A DNA stretch of 64,000 nucleotides from an uncultured Clostridium sp. (GTDB taxonomy: Bacteria; Bacillota_I; Bacilli_A; RF39; UBA660), in NCBI GenBank assembly GCA_905193755.1, contig CAJJPX010000001.1, positions 53,434 to 117,433 of the forward strand, in the 5' to 3' direction. The notes beneath the pieces are model-generated. The model ran no database searches. It was not told where the DNA came from and was given only the letters and a program-made list of their open reading frames with translations. Positions 37,615 to 47,944 of this stretch are shown here, one piece after another; within the stretch, counting starts at the first letter, position 1, and each line of letters begins with the position of its first letter. A program made the translations under genes and the position numbers.

Positions 37615-38184
37615 CTAATTTTCTTTATAATTAGATTCATATAAATCAGAATTATCATCTTCTTCTTGTTCTTTAAATACTATTTCAGGTAAATCATTCT
37701 TAGAAGAAAGACCAAAATAATCCAAGAATTCATTAGTTGTTTTATATAAATTTGGTTTACCAATAGAGTCATCCTTACCACATATTTTTATAAAACCACG
37801 AGCAAGTAAACGTCTAACTATTTGAGCACTATTTACCCCTCTTATTTCATCTACTTTAAGTCTTGTTATTGGTTCATTATAAGCTATAACAGCAAGTACT
37901 TCTAAAGCAGCATTAGATAGTCCACTACTTTTAGTATCAGTAACTAACTTTTCATAATATTCCCTATGTTCTTCTTTAGTAGTAAGTTTAAATCTATTAC
38001 CTAAATATGATATTCTAAGCCCTCTATCAGGTTTCTCATAGTCTTTTTTAAGTTCCATAAATATTTGTTTAATTTCTTCGTTGTCAACATCAAGAATATC
38101 TTTAATCTCATCTACTGTGACACCTTCGTCACCTACTATAAATAATATTCCTTCTAATATTGCTTTTTTATTCACATCAATCAA
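37615..38184 (-). CDS. scpB: Segregation and condensation protein B
   Basis: ILEGILFIVGDEGVTVDEI..., 189 aa, downstream of scpA with an 8-nt overlap. Confidence 0.88.
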   Translation of the reverse strand: MIDVNKKAILEGILFIVGDEGVTVDEIKDILDVDNEEIKQIFMELKKDYEKPDRGLRISYLGNRFKLTTKEEHREYYEKLVTDTKSSGLSNAALEVLAVIAYNEPITRLKVDEIRGVNSAQIVRRLLARGFIKICGKDDSIGKPNLYKTTNEFLDYFGLSSKNDLPEIVFKEQEEDDNSDLYESNYKEN

Positions 38185-38893
38185 CTCTTTCTAAGTATAT
38201 ATCACTGAAATTATTATCTTGTTTAATATTAATCTCCCTATTTTTAACCATTTCTAATACTGATAAGAAAGTAACTACTACATAAGGTTTACTAAAATCA
38301 TCAAAAAGCTCTATAAAATTAAGTTTTTTATGAACTTTAAGAATATCTCTTATTTTAGCAACTCTTTCTTTAACTGACAACTCTTTTCTAGTAATTTTAG
38401 TGTTTTTAGGTTTATTATACTCCTGTCTTTCTAGTAATTTTTGAAAAGCATCTAATAAATCAAATATACCAACACTACCATCATTCTCTAATTTTTCACT
38501 AGAATATTGTTTTAAAGATTCAGGAGCCTTAGTATAATAGTTAGCTCTATTTTCTTCAAGACTTCTAAATACTTCTGTACTTTCTTTATATTTTTTATAT
38601 TCAACAAGTCTACGTTTTAATTCTTCTTCAGGATTTTCTTCAGTTACCTCTTCTTCTTCATCTTTTTTATTTGGAAGTAACTTTCTACTTTTCATTTCTA
38701 TTAATTCAGCAGCCATTACTAAATATTCACTTGCTATATCTAAATTCATATCAGTCATTTCTTCTATATAATTTAAATACATACGAGTTATTTCTGATAT
38801 TTCAATATCAAATATTTCCATCTTAGATTTTTTTATAAGATGTAGTAGTAAATCAAGTGGACCTTCAAAATCCCCTATTAATAAATTATCCAT
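38177..38893 (-). CDS. scpA: Segregation and condensation protein A
   Basis: 238-aa kleisin with the LLIGDFEGPLDLLLHLI N-terminus. Confidence 0.88.
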   Translation of the reverse strand: MDNLLIGDFEGPLDLLLHLIKKSKMEIFDIEISEITRMYLNYIEEMTDMNLDIASEYLVMAAELIEMKSRKLLPNKKDEEEEVTEENPEEELKRRLVEYKKYKESTEVFRSLEENRANYYTKAPESLKQYSSEKLENDGSVGIFDLLDAFQKLLERQEYNKPKNTKITRKELSVKERVAKIRDILKVHKKLNFIELFDDFSKPYVVVTFLSVLEMVKNREINIKQDNNFSDIYLERVD

Positions 38894-40383
38894 TATTTAC
38901 ATTCCCATTTCTTTAAATTTTCTTTTTTAATAATCATTGTTTTAGTAGAAGTACCTTTATATAAAGGAATAAAACCATCTGGTAACTTATTTAAATTAAT
39001 ATTATAGAATAGTTTATTATCTTTATAATCAGTTTTTATTCCTACACCACTTATTTTTTCATTCTCATTATCAAGTTCAGCCTTATATTTTTTACTTGTT
39101 TCAGTTTCTTCTTCTGGTAAAGTATAATCTTTAGTTATTGAATATGACACTAATAAATCATTCTCAAAACTATATATATTTTCATATTTTAATTTAATTT
39201 TTCCATCTTCTTCATCTCTAGTATAAGTACAAGTAATTTTATATTTCTTTTGTAATTCTTCATCACTATACTTAATTACTTTACCATACTTAGAATCTTG
39301 ATATACATCAGCATCAATACTTATTTTATATTGGTTAACTTCTTCTTTTTCTACTGAGTTATTAACATTAAATAATTCTTTATAAGTTATTTCTTTATCT
39401 TTATTATAAAGTACTATGTAATAACCTAAAGAACCAGTTGAATCCAATTTCTTATCTGTAATATAACTAAATATTATTTTATTTTGTTCACTTGTAGTAA
39501 AATTATAAAATTTAATTCCACCCATTTTCATAAATGATGATGAATCACCTAACTTTATATATCCATCAATCAAGTTTCCACTAGTATCTTCTTCTTTTGT
39601 ATTATTCTTTATTGTAGGAATAAATGTTGTAGTGAAAAAAGACATAATATCATCCATAAAATAAATACATACAGCTATTACTAATAATATAATAACAATT
39701 ATCAAATTACTTGTTTTGCTTTTTTGAGTATTTACTTCTGTTTGTGTAGTCATTTCTTCAATTGTTTGTGTTTCTTGAGTAGGATTTGCTTCAGTAACAT
39801 TAGTTGAATCAATTGTAGGTACTCCCTCCATAGCAACACTCATATCTAATTTAACTTCTTCACGAATACCATCATCAACTGGTGTATCTCCTGTAGTAGT
39901 ATTTTCTTCAGCAACTGGTGCAGTTTCCGGTTCTTGAGCCATACCCTCTATATTTTCAGTTATCGTAGTTTGCTCAACTTTTGAAGGAGCAGCTACTGTA
40001 TTAACAACTGGTGTTTGCACAGGTGCAGATAAATCTGGCATAACCTCTATAGACTCATTATTTTGAACATTGTCATTTGATGCCATAATAGGTTCATTAG
40101 GTTGTAAAGCCTCAGTTGAAGCTTGTTCCTGAGTTGAAGAAACTACAGGTTCAATAGTTGCTTGCAAAGTTGCCGTTTGATCTATTGTTTGAGTTTGAAC
40201 AGTTGGTTCTATTACAGGTTGTACAACAGTTTGAGTATTTGTATTCTCTAATGAAACTACTTCCACAGGTTGTGATACTTCACTTACTGGAGTTTCAGTT
40301 ACTGGCGCAGAAGAAGTTACAACATTATTCATTTCATTACTACCTACATTTTGATTATTTGTTTCTGGATTCATTAACATCAC
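38893..40383 (-). CDS. Membrane protein with a T/Q/V-rich low-complexity N-terminal region and a large extracytoplasmic domain
   Basis: 496 aa with ~220 aa of Q/T/V/E repeats, one TM helix and a C-terminal globular domain. It is translationally coupled upstream of scpA. Confidence 0.55.
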   Translation of the reverse strand: MMLMNPETNNQNVGSNEMNNVVTSSAPVTETPVSEVSQPVEVVSLENTNTQTVVQPVIEPTVQTQTIDQTATLQATIEPVVSSTQEQASTEALQPNEPIMASNDNVQNNESIEVMPDLSAPVQTPVVNTVAAPSKVEQTTITENIEGMAQEPETAPVAEENTTTGDTPVDDGIREEVKLDMSVAMEGVPTIDSTNVTEANPTQETQTIEEMTTQTEVNTQKSKTSNLIIVIILLVIAVCIYFMDDIMSFFTTTFIPTIKNNTKEEDTSGNLIDGYIKLGDSSSFMKMGGIKFYNFTTSEQNKIIFSYITDKKLDSTGSLGYYIVLYNKDKEITYKELFNVNNSVEKEEVNQYKISIDADVYQDSKYGKVIKYSDEELQKKYKITCTYTRDEEDGKIKLKYENIYSFENDLLVSYSITKDYTLPEEETETSKKYKAELDNENEKISGVGIKTDYKDNKLFYNINLNKLPDGFIPLYKGTSTKTMIIKKENLKKWECK

Positions 40384-40445
40384 CCTTATTCTTATTTCTA
40401 TAAAAAATTATATCAAAAAAAATAAGAAATGTCATTCTTTTAGAA

Positions 40446-40796
40446 CTAATCTCTTATTTTAAATATTAAAGTAACAATAAAAGCACAAACTATTGCTATA
40501 CTAATACCTCCAGAAGAATTAACTAGTATGCCCTTAAAGAGTCCCATAAAACCACCTTCTAAGTATCCATCACTTGCTCCAGTAACAAGTAAATGTCCAA
40601 AATTCATAATTGGTATACTTGCCCCACCTTTAAAAATATCTAATAATTTATCATAAATTCCAAATCCAGATAAAACACAACCAGTTATAACAAGTATTGT
40701 ATTCATGTGTCCTGGAGTAAATTTTGTTTTTTCTAAAATATATTGAGACATAGCACAAACAAAACCACAAAATAAGAATGCTAGTAAATATGTCAC
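40446..40796 (-). CDS. spoVAEb: Stage V sporulation protein AEb
   Basis: 116-aa membrane protein and the last gene of the spoVAC-AD-AEb unit. Confidence 0.8.
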   Translation of the reverse strand: MTYLLAFLFCGFVCAMSQYILEKTKFTPGHMNTILVITGCVLSGFGIYDKLLDIFKGGASIPIMNFGHLLVTGASDGYLEGGFMGLFKGILVNSSGGISIAIVCAFIVTLIFKIRD

Positions 40797-41764
40797 TCTA
40801 ACACCTCCAAACTTACAGCATGACTAACTCCTGGCATAGCTACTTTTTGATTTGAACTTATAACCGAATGTAAAGAACCTGTACCAACAACTAATATTTT
40901 TTTATATTTATTTAAAGGTAAAATGTAATCAAAAAGTGTTAAAGGTAAACATAAAGGTCCACTTCCACCAGCATATATATTATCTTCAGTATATATTATA
41001 CTTCCAGAGTCTATAACATTATCTAAGTTTACTTTATATTTCTTCTTATAATACATCTGCATAATCTTAGTTCCATAAATACCTAAGTCGCCAGTAAGTA
41101 TTAAATCATAATATTTATAATTTCTTCCAGTGCTTTCTAAATGAGCATGTATAACTTCTGCACAAGAAGGTGCCATAGCACTACCCATATCATTAGCATC
41201 TTTATGATTAGTTTGAGTAACATATCCAAAAGTACCACTTTCTACTCTTAAATTACTTTTTTCATTACTTAAAAGTACACTTATGCTTCCACTTAATGTA
41301 CAAGTATTAACCATCTTACGAAGTGCACCATATTCAATAGGAAATCTAAACTGTTTTTCACTTACTAAGTTATGACCAGAAACTGTAACAATAGTACTTT
41401 TATTTTTATTATCTATTATGTTAGCACCTATAATTATTCCTTCTACAAACGTAGCACAAGCACTATAAATAGTACAACTAGGAATCTTAAATTTACATGA
41501 TGCAAGACTACTCGCAAGACATTGATTTTGTAAGTCACCACTAATAAGTAAATCAACTTCTTTAGTAAGTTTCTTACTCTTCATAAGTAACCCCTTAATA
41601 GTAGTTTCTTGATACTTACATTCAGCAAGCTCTATACTTTTTTCATTAACATAATAGTCATCAACCACTTTATCAGGATTATTCATAACTATAGGTTTAT
41701 ATTTAGTAGATGCAAGAAGTGAAAATTTATCATTGATATATACATTATTAAAATAGTATGTCAT
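40793..41764 (-). CDS. spoVAD: Stage V sporulation protein AD (thiolase-like fold)
   Basis: 323 aa with the characteristic SpoVAD sequence (GLLMKSKKL...ISGDLQNQ...CATFVEGIIIGANII). Confidence 0.88.
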   Translation of the reverse strand: MTYYFNNVYINDKFSLLASTKYKPIVMNNPDKVVDDYYVNEKSIELAECKYQETTIKGLLMKSKKLTKEVDLLISGDLQNQCLASSLASCKFKIPSCTIYSACATFVEGIIIGANIIDNKNKSTIVTVSGHNLVSEKQFRFPIEYGALRKMVNTCTLSGSISVLLSNEKSNLRVESGTFGYVTQTNHKDANDMGSAMAPSCAEVIHAHLESTGRNYKYYDLILTGDLGIYGTKIMQMYYKKKYKVNLDNVIDSGSIIYTEDNIYAGGSGPLCLPLTLFDYILPLNKYKKILVVGTGSLHSVISSNQKVAMPGVSHAVSLEVLE

Positions 41765-42222
41765 AGTATCACACTCCTTACAAATCCAAATATTATTCCA
41801 AAAAGTACTCCATATAATATAATACTTCCCGTAAGCTTGAATATCGAAGCACCTATTCCCTTTATAAATCCTTCACTCTTAGCATCCATTGCACTACTTG
41901 TCATTGTATTCGCAAACCCTGTAGCTGGCACAATAAGTCCACATTTGAATACACTAAGTACTTTATCAAAAATACCAAATCCAGTAAGTACTGAACCTAT
42001 CACTATAAATGTTGAAAAAGTATAAAAGCTCGCATCACTTAAAGTAATATTAAATACTTTAAAATAAAATTCACACATAACTTCAGCAATTATACCAACC
42101 ACTCCACCACTAAAAAAAGCAATCATTACATTTTTTAATATACTTTCTTTTCCTATAACACTACTAACTAACTTGTCATATTCTTTATTATTCATTTTGT
42201 CACCTACACTTATTTTTACCAT
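41761..42222 (-). CDS. spoVAC: Stage V sporulation protein AC
   Basis: 153-aa polytopic membrane protein with a typical SpoVAC sequence. Confidence 0.85.
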   Translation of the reverse strand: MVKISVGDKMNNKEYDKLVSSVIGKESILKNVMIAFFSGGVVGIIAEVMCEFYFKVFNITLSDASFYTFSTFIVIGSVLTGFGIFDKVLSVFKCGLIVPATGFANTMTSSAMDAKSEGFIKGIGASIFKLTGSIILYGVLFGIIFGFVRSVIL

Positions 42223-42287
42223 TTTTATATTTTAAATACATAATTGTTGTCAAAACGATAAAGTTATGTTAAAATTAACATTGTTAT

Positions 42288-42363
42288 GGCTCATTGGTGA
42301 AATGGTTAACACATCGCCCTCTCAAGGCGACATTCATGGGTTCAAATCCCATATGAGTCACCA
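42288..42363 (+). tRNA. tRNA-Glu (anticodon CUC)
   Basis: 76 nt. Acceptor GGCUCAU/AUGAGUC with G2-U71; anticodon stem UCGCC/GGCGA with loop CU-CUC-AA; T-arm AUGGG-UUCAAAU-CCCAU; encoded CCA. The A73 discriminator is unusual for Glu. Confidence 0.7.
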
Positions 42364-42496
42364 GTATGAAATCTAATCCCTGATAAAGGGATTTTTATTT
42401 TGATGTTAGAATAAGAGACTTTTCATTTACACTTGTATTTACGCCAAACTTTATAAATATATGAAAATGTTATATAATATAGATAGGTGATTAAAT

Positions 42497-43831
42497 ATGT
42501 GGAGATTTATTGTTATTCTTGCATGCAAACTTACAAACAAACTTAGTAAAATAACTGGACATGAAGGAAGTGTTATTGGAGGAAAAGTAGCTCGTAAACT
42601 TGATAAAAATATACTTAAGAAAATCAAGCTTCCTAAATATGTAATTGGTATAACAGGTTCAAGTGGTAAAAGTAGTTCAACTGAACTTACTTATAATATA
42701 CTAACTAAAAACGGATATACTGTTGTTTACAACAAAGAAGGGAGTAACACTATTAATGGTATAACTTCTCTAATACTAAATAACTCATCGTTATCTGGAA
42801 AACTTAAAAAAGATGTTTTATTAATGGAACTTGATGAACAATTCATGAAATATATATTTGAGTATATAACACCTACTCATTTAATGATTACAAATATTAC
42901 AAGAGACCAACCACCAAGAAACTCTCACCCAGAAAAAATATATAATGCTATTAAAAATGCAATACCTGCTGGAACTCATTTAATACTTAATGTAGACGAT
43001 CCATTCGTAAATAGAATTAGAATCAATCACAAAGGTGAAGTTACTACATATGGTATGACAGAAAATAACTATTCAAGAAAAAGCAATCTTAATAATTTAG
43101 ATGCAGCTTACTGCCCTATTTGTAATTCTAAACTTGAATATGATTTTTATCACTATGGACACATTGGATCATACCACTGTCCTAAATATCATTTCAATCG
43201 TGGTAAACCAAATTATGAAGCAAAAGAAATAGACGTAGATAATGAACAAATTAAAATAAATGATAATATTATTCACCTACCATCAAACTTCTTATATACA
43301 GTATACTTTGTAACTGGTTGTTATGCCTTAGCTCATGAAATAGGAATTAAAGAAGAAGATATATTAAAAGTATTAAATGATGAAAATATTAAGACTAAAA
43401 GAATGGAAATATATGACTTTGATAATAGAAAATGGCAAATGTTAGTAAGTAAAAACGAAAATAACTTAAGCTACAAACAATCACTAGATTATATATTACA
43501 TCAAGAAGGAGACAAAACAATAATACTTGGTTTTGACTCCTCAAGTAGAAGATATAAAGAAAATGATATATCATGGATATGGGATATAGACTTTGAGTCT
43601 CTAAACGACTCAAGTATCAAAAATATAATATTGATTGGTAAATTCTGTTATGATATGAAAGTTCGTATGGAGTACGCTGGTATACAAAAAGATAAAATAA
43701 TTTTAGTAGAAAACTTAGATAATTTAAGTAAAACAATTAAAACTAAAACAACTGGTAAAATATTCTCAATGGTATGTTTTGATAAAGAAATTGAACTTAA
43801 AAAGATTATAAAGGAGGAAAATAATGATTAA
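42497..43831 (+). CDS. murT: Lipid II isoglutaminyl synthase, Mur-ligase-like subunit MurT
   Basis: Mur ligase P-loop GITGSSGKSS, and the MurT-specific Cys cluster CPICNSKLEYDFYHYGHIGSYHCPKYHF. The partner gatD is downstream. Confidence 0.88.
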   Translation: MWRFIVILACKLTNKLSKITGHEGSVIGGKVARKLDKNILKKIKLPKYVIGITGSSGKSSSTELTYNILTKNGYTVVYNKEGSNTINGITSLILNNSSLSGKLKKDVLLMELDEQFMKYIFEYITPTHLMITNITRDQPPRNSHPEKIYNAIKNAIPAGTHLILNVDDPFVNRIRINHKGEVTTYGMTENNYSRKSNLNNLDAAYCPICNSKLEYDFYHYGHIGSYHCPKYHFNRGKPNYEAKEIDVDNEQIKINDNIIHLPSNFLYTVYFVTGCYALAHEIGIKEEDILKVLNDENIKTKRMEIYDFDNRKWQMLVSKNENNLSYKQSLDYILHQEGDKTIILGFDSSSRRYKENDISWIWDIDFESLNDSSIKNIILIGKFCYDMKVRMEYAGIQKDKIILVENLDNLSKTIKTKTTGKIFSMVCFDKEIELKKIIKEENND

Positions 43832-44549
43832 TGTATTACACTTATATTATGACCTTCTAAATCTATATGGAGAAAATGCTAATACAAGATGTATAAAAGA
43901 AGAACTAACAAGAAGCAATATAAAAGTAAAAGTAGATTTAAAAAGTATAAATGATAAAATAGACTTTGAAAAATATGATATTATTTATATTGGAAGTGGC
44001 TCTGAAGAATCATTAGAACTAGCTCTATCTGATATATTAAAAAGAAAAAATGATTTTAAAAAATATATAGAAGCAAATAAATACTTAATATTAACTGGAA
44101 ACTCAATGTGTATGTTTGGTTCTTATATAGAAACAAAAGATAAAAAATTAGATGCTTTAGATATATTTAAATACTACACTAAATACATAGATGAAGTAAC
44201 ATTTAAAAATGCATCAGCTGATAGAATTGTCGGGGAAATTAAAGGAAAAACAAAATTAATTAAAGAAACAATAATTGGATTTCAAAATAGATGCGATTAT
44301 ATTTACAATATTAAAACTTCTTTACTAGAAGTAGATACTAAATATTCAAATGATGGAACAAATAATAATGAAGGATTCACTTATAAAAATGTATATGCAA
44401 CTCATACAATAGGTCCCCTACTTATTAGAAATCCATACTTAACAGATTACTTATTAAAAAATATTTGTAAATCTAAAAATTTAAAATATAAAATAGAAGA
44501 AACCACTTCTAAAGAAGCATATAAAAAGTACTTAGAAAACTTTAACTAA
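43824..44549 (+). CDS. gatD: Lipid II isoglutaminyl synthase glutaminase subunit GatD (CobB/CobQ-like GATase)
   Basis: It overlaps the murT stop, is 241 aa, and has the typical GatD N-terminus INVLHLYYDLLNLYGENAN. Confidence 0.8.
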   Translation: MINVLHLYYDLLNLYGENANTRCIKEELTRSNIKVKVDLKSINDKIDFEKYDIIYIGSGSEESLELALSDILKRKNDFKKYIEANKYLILTGNSMCMFGSYIETKDKKLDALDIFKYYTKYIDEVTFKNASADRIVGEIKGKTKLIKETIIGFQNRCDYIYNIKTSLLEVDTKYSNDGTNNNEGFTYKNVYATHTIGPLLIRNPYLTDYLLKNICKSKNLKYKIEETTSKEAYKKYLENFN

Positions 44550-44557
44550 GTACTTTT

Positions 44558-45310
44558 TTATAATATTCTCATATACTCTCTCCAATGTTCCTCATCTTGA
44601 ACATCTTTTGCATCTCCAAGAGTAGTTATTTCCTTGCCAACTCTCTCAGATAAAGCCTTTCTATATTTTTTTAAAAAAGGTAATAAATCTCCTTCATTAT
44701 ATAATTTTACTAATTCTGGATAATCTTTTATAAAATTATCAAAATAGCCATCAACTAAAAAGGTTTTTATAGAATATGATAACTGTCTAACATTATCTTC
44801 ATATATTTTTTTAGGATCTTTGTCAACTATATGATAATCATCAGTATCAACCATATGAAATCTTTTACCTAAACTTGAATATAATGTGTTATATGGTAAA
44901 TCATCAGATAATATTCCTTTTTTAGATATAGTTCTAATATCCCATAAAGCAGCAACATAACCTTCTCTAATAGAATCTAAATTAACACTCAAAGGATCTA
45001 TTTTATATAAAGATCTTCCTCTAGCTAAAGCAGTTATATATCCAACTACTCTTCCATCTAATATAATTTCTTCAAAAGGAAAAATATAAGTATTGTTTAA
45101 AGCATCAGAAAATCTTAAAAAATCTAAATCTTTATATTCAAAATACATAAATTCTTTATCACTCAAAGCCATATCAAATAACTTAATAACTGTTTTAGTT
45201 TTTCTATCATAATATGCACTACCCTTTGAACCAAAATTAATAAATGAACAATTATTATGTATATACTGATTTAATTCATGTCTATTTTTAAATATCATAC
45301 TAGCCCCCAT
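44558..45310 (-). CDS. Hypothetical protein (250 aa), possibly kinase-like
   Basis: ORF with a GGGGG RBS and an HMVDTDDYH motif reminiscent of a kinase catalytic loop. Unsupported beyond that. Confidence 0.45.
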   Translation of the reverse strand: MGASMIFKNRHELNQYIHNNCSFINFGSKGSAYYDRKTKTVIKLFDMALSDKEFMYFEYKDLDFLRFSDALNNTYIFPFEEIILDGRVVGYITALARGRSLYKIDPLSVNLDSIREGYVAALWDIRTISKKGILSDDLPYNTLYSSLGKRFHMVDTDDYHIVDKDPKKIYEDNVRQLSYSIKTFLVDGYFDNFIKDYPELVKLYNEGDLLPFLKKYRKALSERVGKEITTLGDAKDVQDEEHWREYMRIL

Positions 45311-45351
45311 TAGTAGACCATATTATATCACATAAATACCAAAAAAGGAAG

Positions 45352-46215
45352 TTATTTTTTACTTCCTATTTTTTCACCATATTTAACATTAGTTTCTATG
45401 TTTTCTAAACTATTATTATAAATATCTTCATCTATTATAACCATATCTTTTTTTATAAGTAATACTATCGTAGAACCACCAAATTCAAAGTATCCCTTCT
45501 CTTCACCTTTTTTAAAGTTATATTCTTCATGATTATTAACAATCTTTCCAATTCCCATAGCTCCAATTTCTACTTCAATAACTTTATCAAAATTATTAGT
45601 ATTCAAAACTGTATATTCACGAGTATTAGTTTTATAAAAATTATAATGTTTTAAAGCTAAAGGTTGTACAGTATGAAAAACACCATCTATATGTATGTTT
45701 TTACCCTTACTACCACTATCTATGTAACAATATCTATGATAATTATCAGTAGATAATCTAAATACTAAAGCATACCCATCTTTATATTCATTCATAATTT
45801 CTTTATCAACTAAAGTATCAACTGAATAATAAGAATCTTTTATTTTAAGAGTTAAGTCATCATTTATTTTATATACAGTAAGTTTGCTATCACAAGGCGA
45901 AATAAACACATTTTTATGAGCATTTATAGGTCTTTTACCCTGAGCAACCTTTCTTATAAAGAAATCATTATACGAAGTGTATTTTTGTTTAGAATATTCA
46001 TATACATTAATATCATTATTATCAATAAATTTATCAACTCTTTTTAAAGAATATTTACTATTCATATATTTAGCCATAAGATTATTAAATCTTTTACTTA
46101 TAAAAGGTTTTAAAATTATTCTCCCAATTAATGTATCGTAAAAAAAATTAAGAGTTTTACTAGACTCTATAATTATATTTTCTTTACTATTTCTATCTCT
46201 AACTATATATTTCAT
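45352..46215 (-). CDS. psd: Phosphatidylserine decarboxylase proenzyme
   Basis: FRLSTDNYHRY..., and the self-cleavage motif FEFGGSTIVLL. Confidence 0.85.
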   Translation of the reverse strand: MKYIVRDRNSKENIIIESSKTLNFFYDTLIGRIILKPFISKRFNNLMAKYMNSKYSLKRVDKFIDNNDINVYEYSKQKYTSYNDFFIRKVAQGKRPINAHKNVFISPCDSKLTVYKINDDLTLKIKDSYYSVDTLVDKEIMNEYKDGYALVFRLSTDNYHRYCYIDSGSKGKNIHIDGVFHTVQPLALKHYNFYKTNTREYTVLNTNNFDKVIEVEIGAMGIGKIVNNHEEYNFKKGEEKGYFEFGGSTIVLLIKKDMVIIDEDIYNNSLENIETNVKYGEKIGSKK

Positions 46216-46829
46216 AGAAACTTACCAGCCAGTATTAATAGTATTTCAATAACACCTATAATAATAAATGCTATCATAACTTTAATACCAGGTTTCTTAA
46301 TTTTTATTTTACTAACGAATAATACAGCAACTACAAATAATAAAATACCATAAACAAGTACAAAGTATTTTCCTAAAAATCTTCTGAATATATATAGGAA
46401 TGGAAATAATAATGCAGAAGAAGTAACTGGAAGACCTGTATATTCTTTTACAGGAGTATTACTATTTCTAGTTATTTCAAGTACATTAAAATATGCTAAT
46501 CTTATCAAAGCAGCTAATGGATATATAATTATTAATGGAACTAAATATGTACATTTGATTCCTAAAGAATATCCTATAACCGCAGGTAAAACACCAAAAC
46601 AAACTAAATCAGATAAACTATCTAACTGAATACCATAATGTCTTTCTTCAATTGTTCTCTTCTTTTTAGTTCTAGCAACCTTACCATCAAACATATCACA
46701 AAGTCCAGAAAACATCAAACACATAACAGCCCAAAATGAATTTCCTGTAATTGCTAAAAAAATACCAACCATACCAGAAGAAAACCCTAAATATGTTAGT
46801 ATAACTGTATAATCGTAAAACCCTATCAT
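46212..46829 (-). CDS. pssA: CDP-diacylglycerol--serine O-phosphatidyltransferase (CDP-alcohol phosphatidyltransferase family)
   Basis: DMFDGKVAR...GIQLDSLSDLVCFG motif. It overlaps the psd start. Confidence 0.85.
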   Translation of the reverse strand: MIGFYDYTVILTYLGFSSGMVGIFLAITGNSFWAVMCLMFSGLCDMFDGKVARTKKKRTIEERHYGIQLDSLSDLVCFGVLPAVIGYSLGIKCTYLVPLIIIYPLAALIRLAYFNVLEITRNSNTPVKEYTGLPVTSSALLFPFLYIFRRFLGKYFVLVYGILLFVVAVLFVSKIKIKKPGIKVMIAFIIIGVIEILLILAGKFL

Positions 46830-46917
46830 AAAACACCTCTATTAACATTATACAAATATTTCACTTAAAAATCAAACTTAATAAACATTTTAGACAATAA
46901 TATGTTATATTAATTAT

Positions 46918-47916
46918 ATGAGAAATAAAGTAGAGAAAAATAAAAAAATTATTGGATTAGATATTATAAGAGTAATAGCGGTTATATCAGTACTTTGTGT
47001 ACACTTTTTCCTAAATACTAAATATTATCAAACAAGTGTAAATGGTATAGGAATGAAATTACAATATATAGTAAGAAACATATTTATGATATGTGTCCCA
47101 TTATTTATAATATTGACTGGTTACTTAAATAAGAAAAAAGAATACAATAAAGAATTTTTTAAAGGATTAATTGAAGTACTAATAATATGGTTATTTTATA
47201 GTATTATAGAATTCTTTGTATCAAATATAAATAATGTTATAACTATAAAAGATTTTATATTTCAAATAACCGACTTTAAAGCAAGTTACTACTCTTGGTA
47301 CATTGAAATGTATATAGGATTATATCTATTAAGTCCTATCATAAATAATGGATATGACAATTTAAAAGAAAAAGATAAAAAGACTGCATTAATTTTATTC
47401 TTAATTATATTTATATTGCCTGGAATTGTAAATGAGTTATTAATAGATGTAGTACACATACCAGATTGGTGGTATAACGTATACCCATTAGGCTATTATT
47501 TAACTGGCAAATACATAAAAGATAAAAAACCAAACTACAATAAGATAAAACTAATAATAATATTTATTTTAATACAAGCATTATCATTTATACTTATTGG
47601 AAAAACACGTATAGAATTTGAAAGTTTAAATGTATATATTAGTTCTATAACAATATTCTTATTAGCCTATAATATAGATATTAAAAATAAAATATTGACT
47701 AAAATAATACAAATAATTTCTGTTTTAAGTTTAGATATATATTTAGCATCAGGACTAACCGATCAAATAGTTTATAAAATATTTAATAATAAATTAGCTC
47801 TTTATAATATTCCACAATCAAGATGTGTATTATATGCTCCGATTGTTGTAACAACTTCATTTATATTAGCAACACTTTATGCTTATATAAGGAAGAAACT
47901 AATTAAAGTAAGATAA
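46918..47916 (+). CDS. Acyltransferase family 3 (OafA/YrhL-like) membrane protein
   Basis: IIGLDIIRVIAVISVLCVHF N-terminus with ~10 TM helices. Confidence 0.7.
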   Translation: MRNKVEKNKKIIGLDIIRVIAVISVLCVHFFLNTKYYQTSVNGIGMKLQYIVRNIFMICVPLFIILTGYLNKKKEYNKEFFKGLIEVLIIWLFYSIIEFFVSNINNVITIKDFIFQITDFKASYYSWYIEMYIGLYLLSPIINNGYDNLKEKDKKTALILFLIIFILPGIVNELLIDVVHIPDWWYNVYPLGYYLTGKYIKDKKPNYNKIKLIIIFILIQALSFILIGKTRIEFESLNVYISSITIFLLAYNIDIKNKILTKIIQIISVLSLDIYLASGLTDQIVYKIFNNKLALYNIPQSRCVLYAPIVVTTSFILATLYAYIRKKLIKVR

Positions 47917-47944
47917 AAGGTATAATTTGAAATTATACCCTTTT

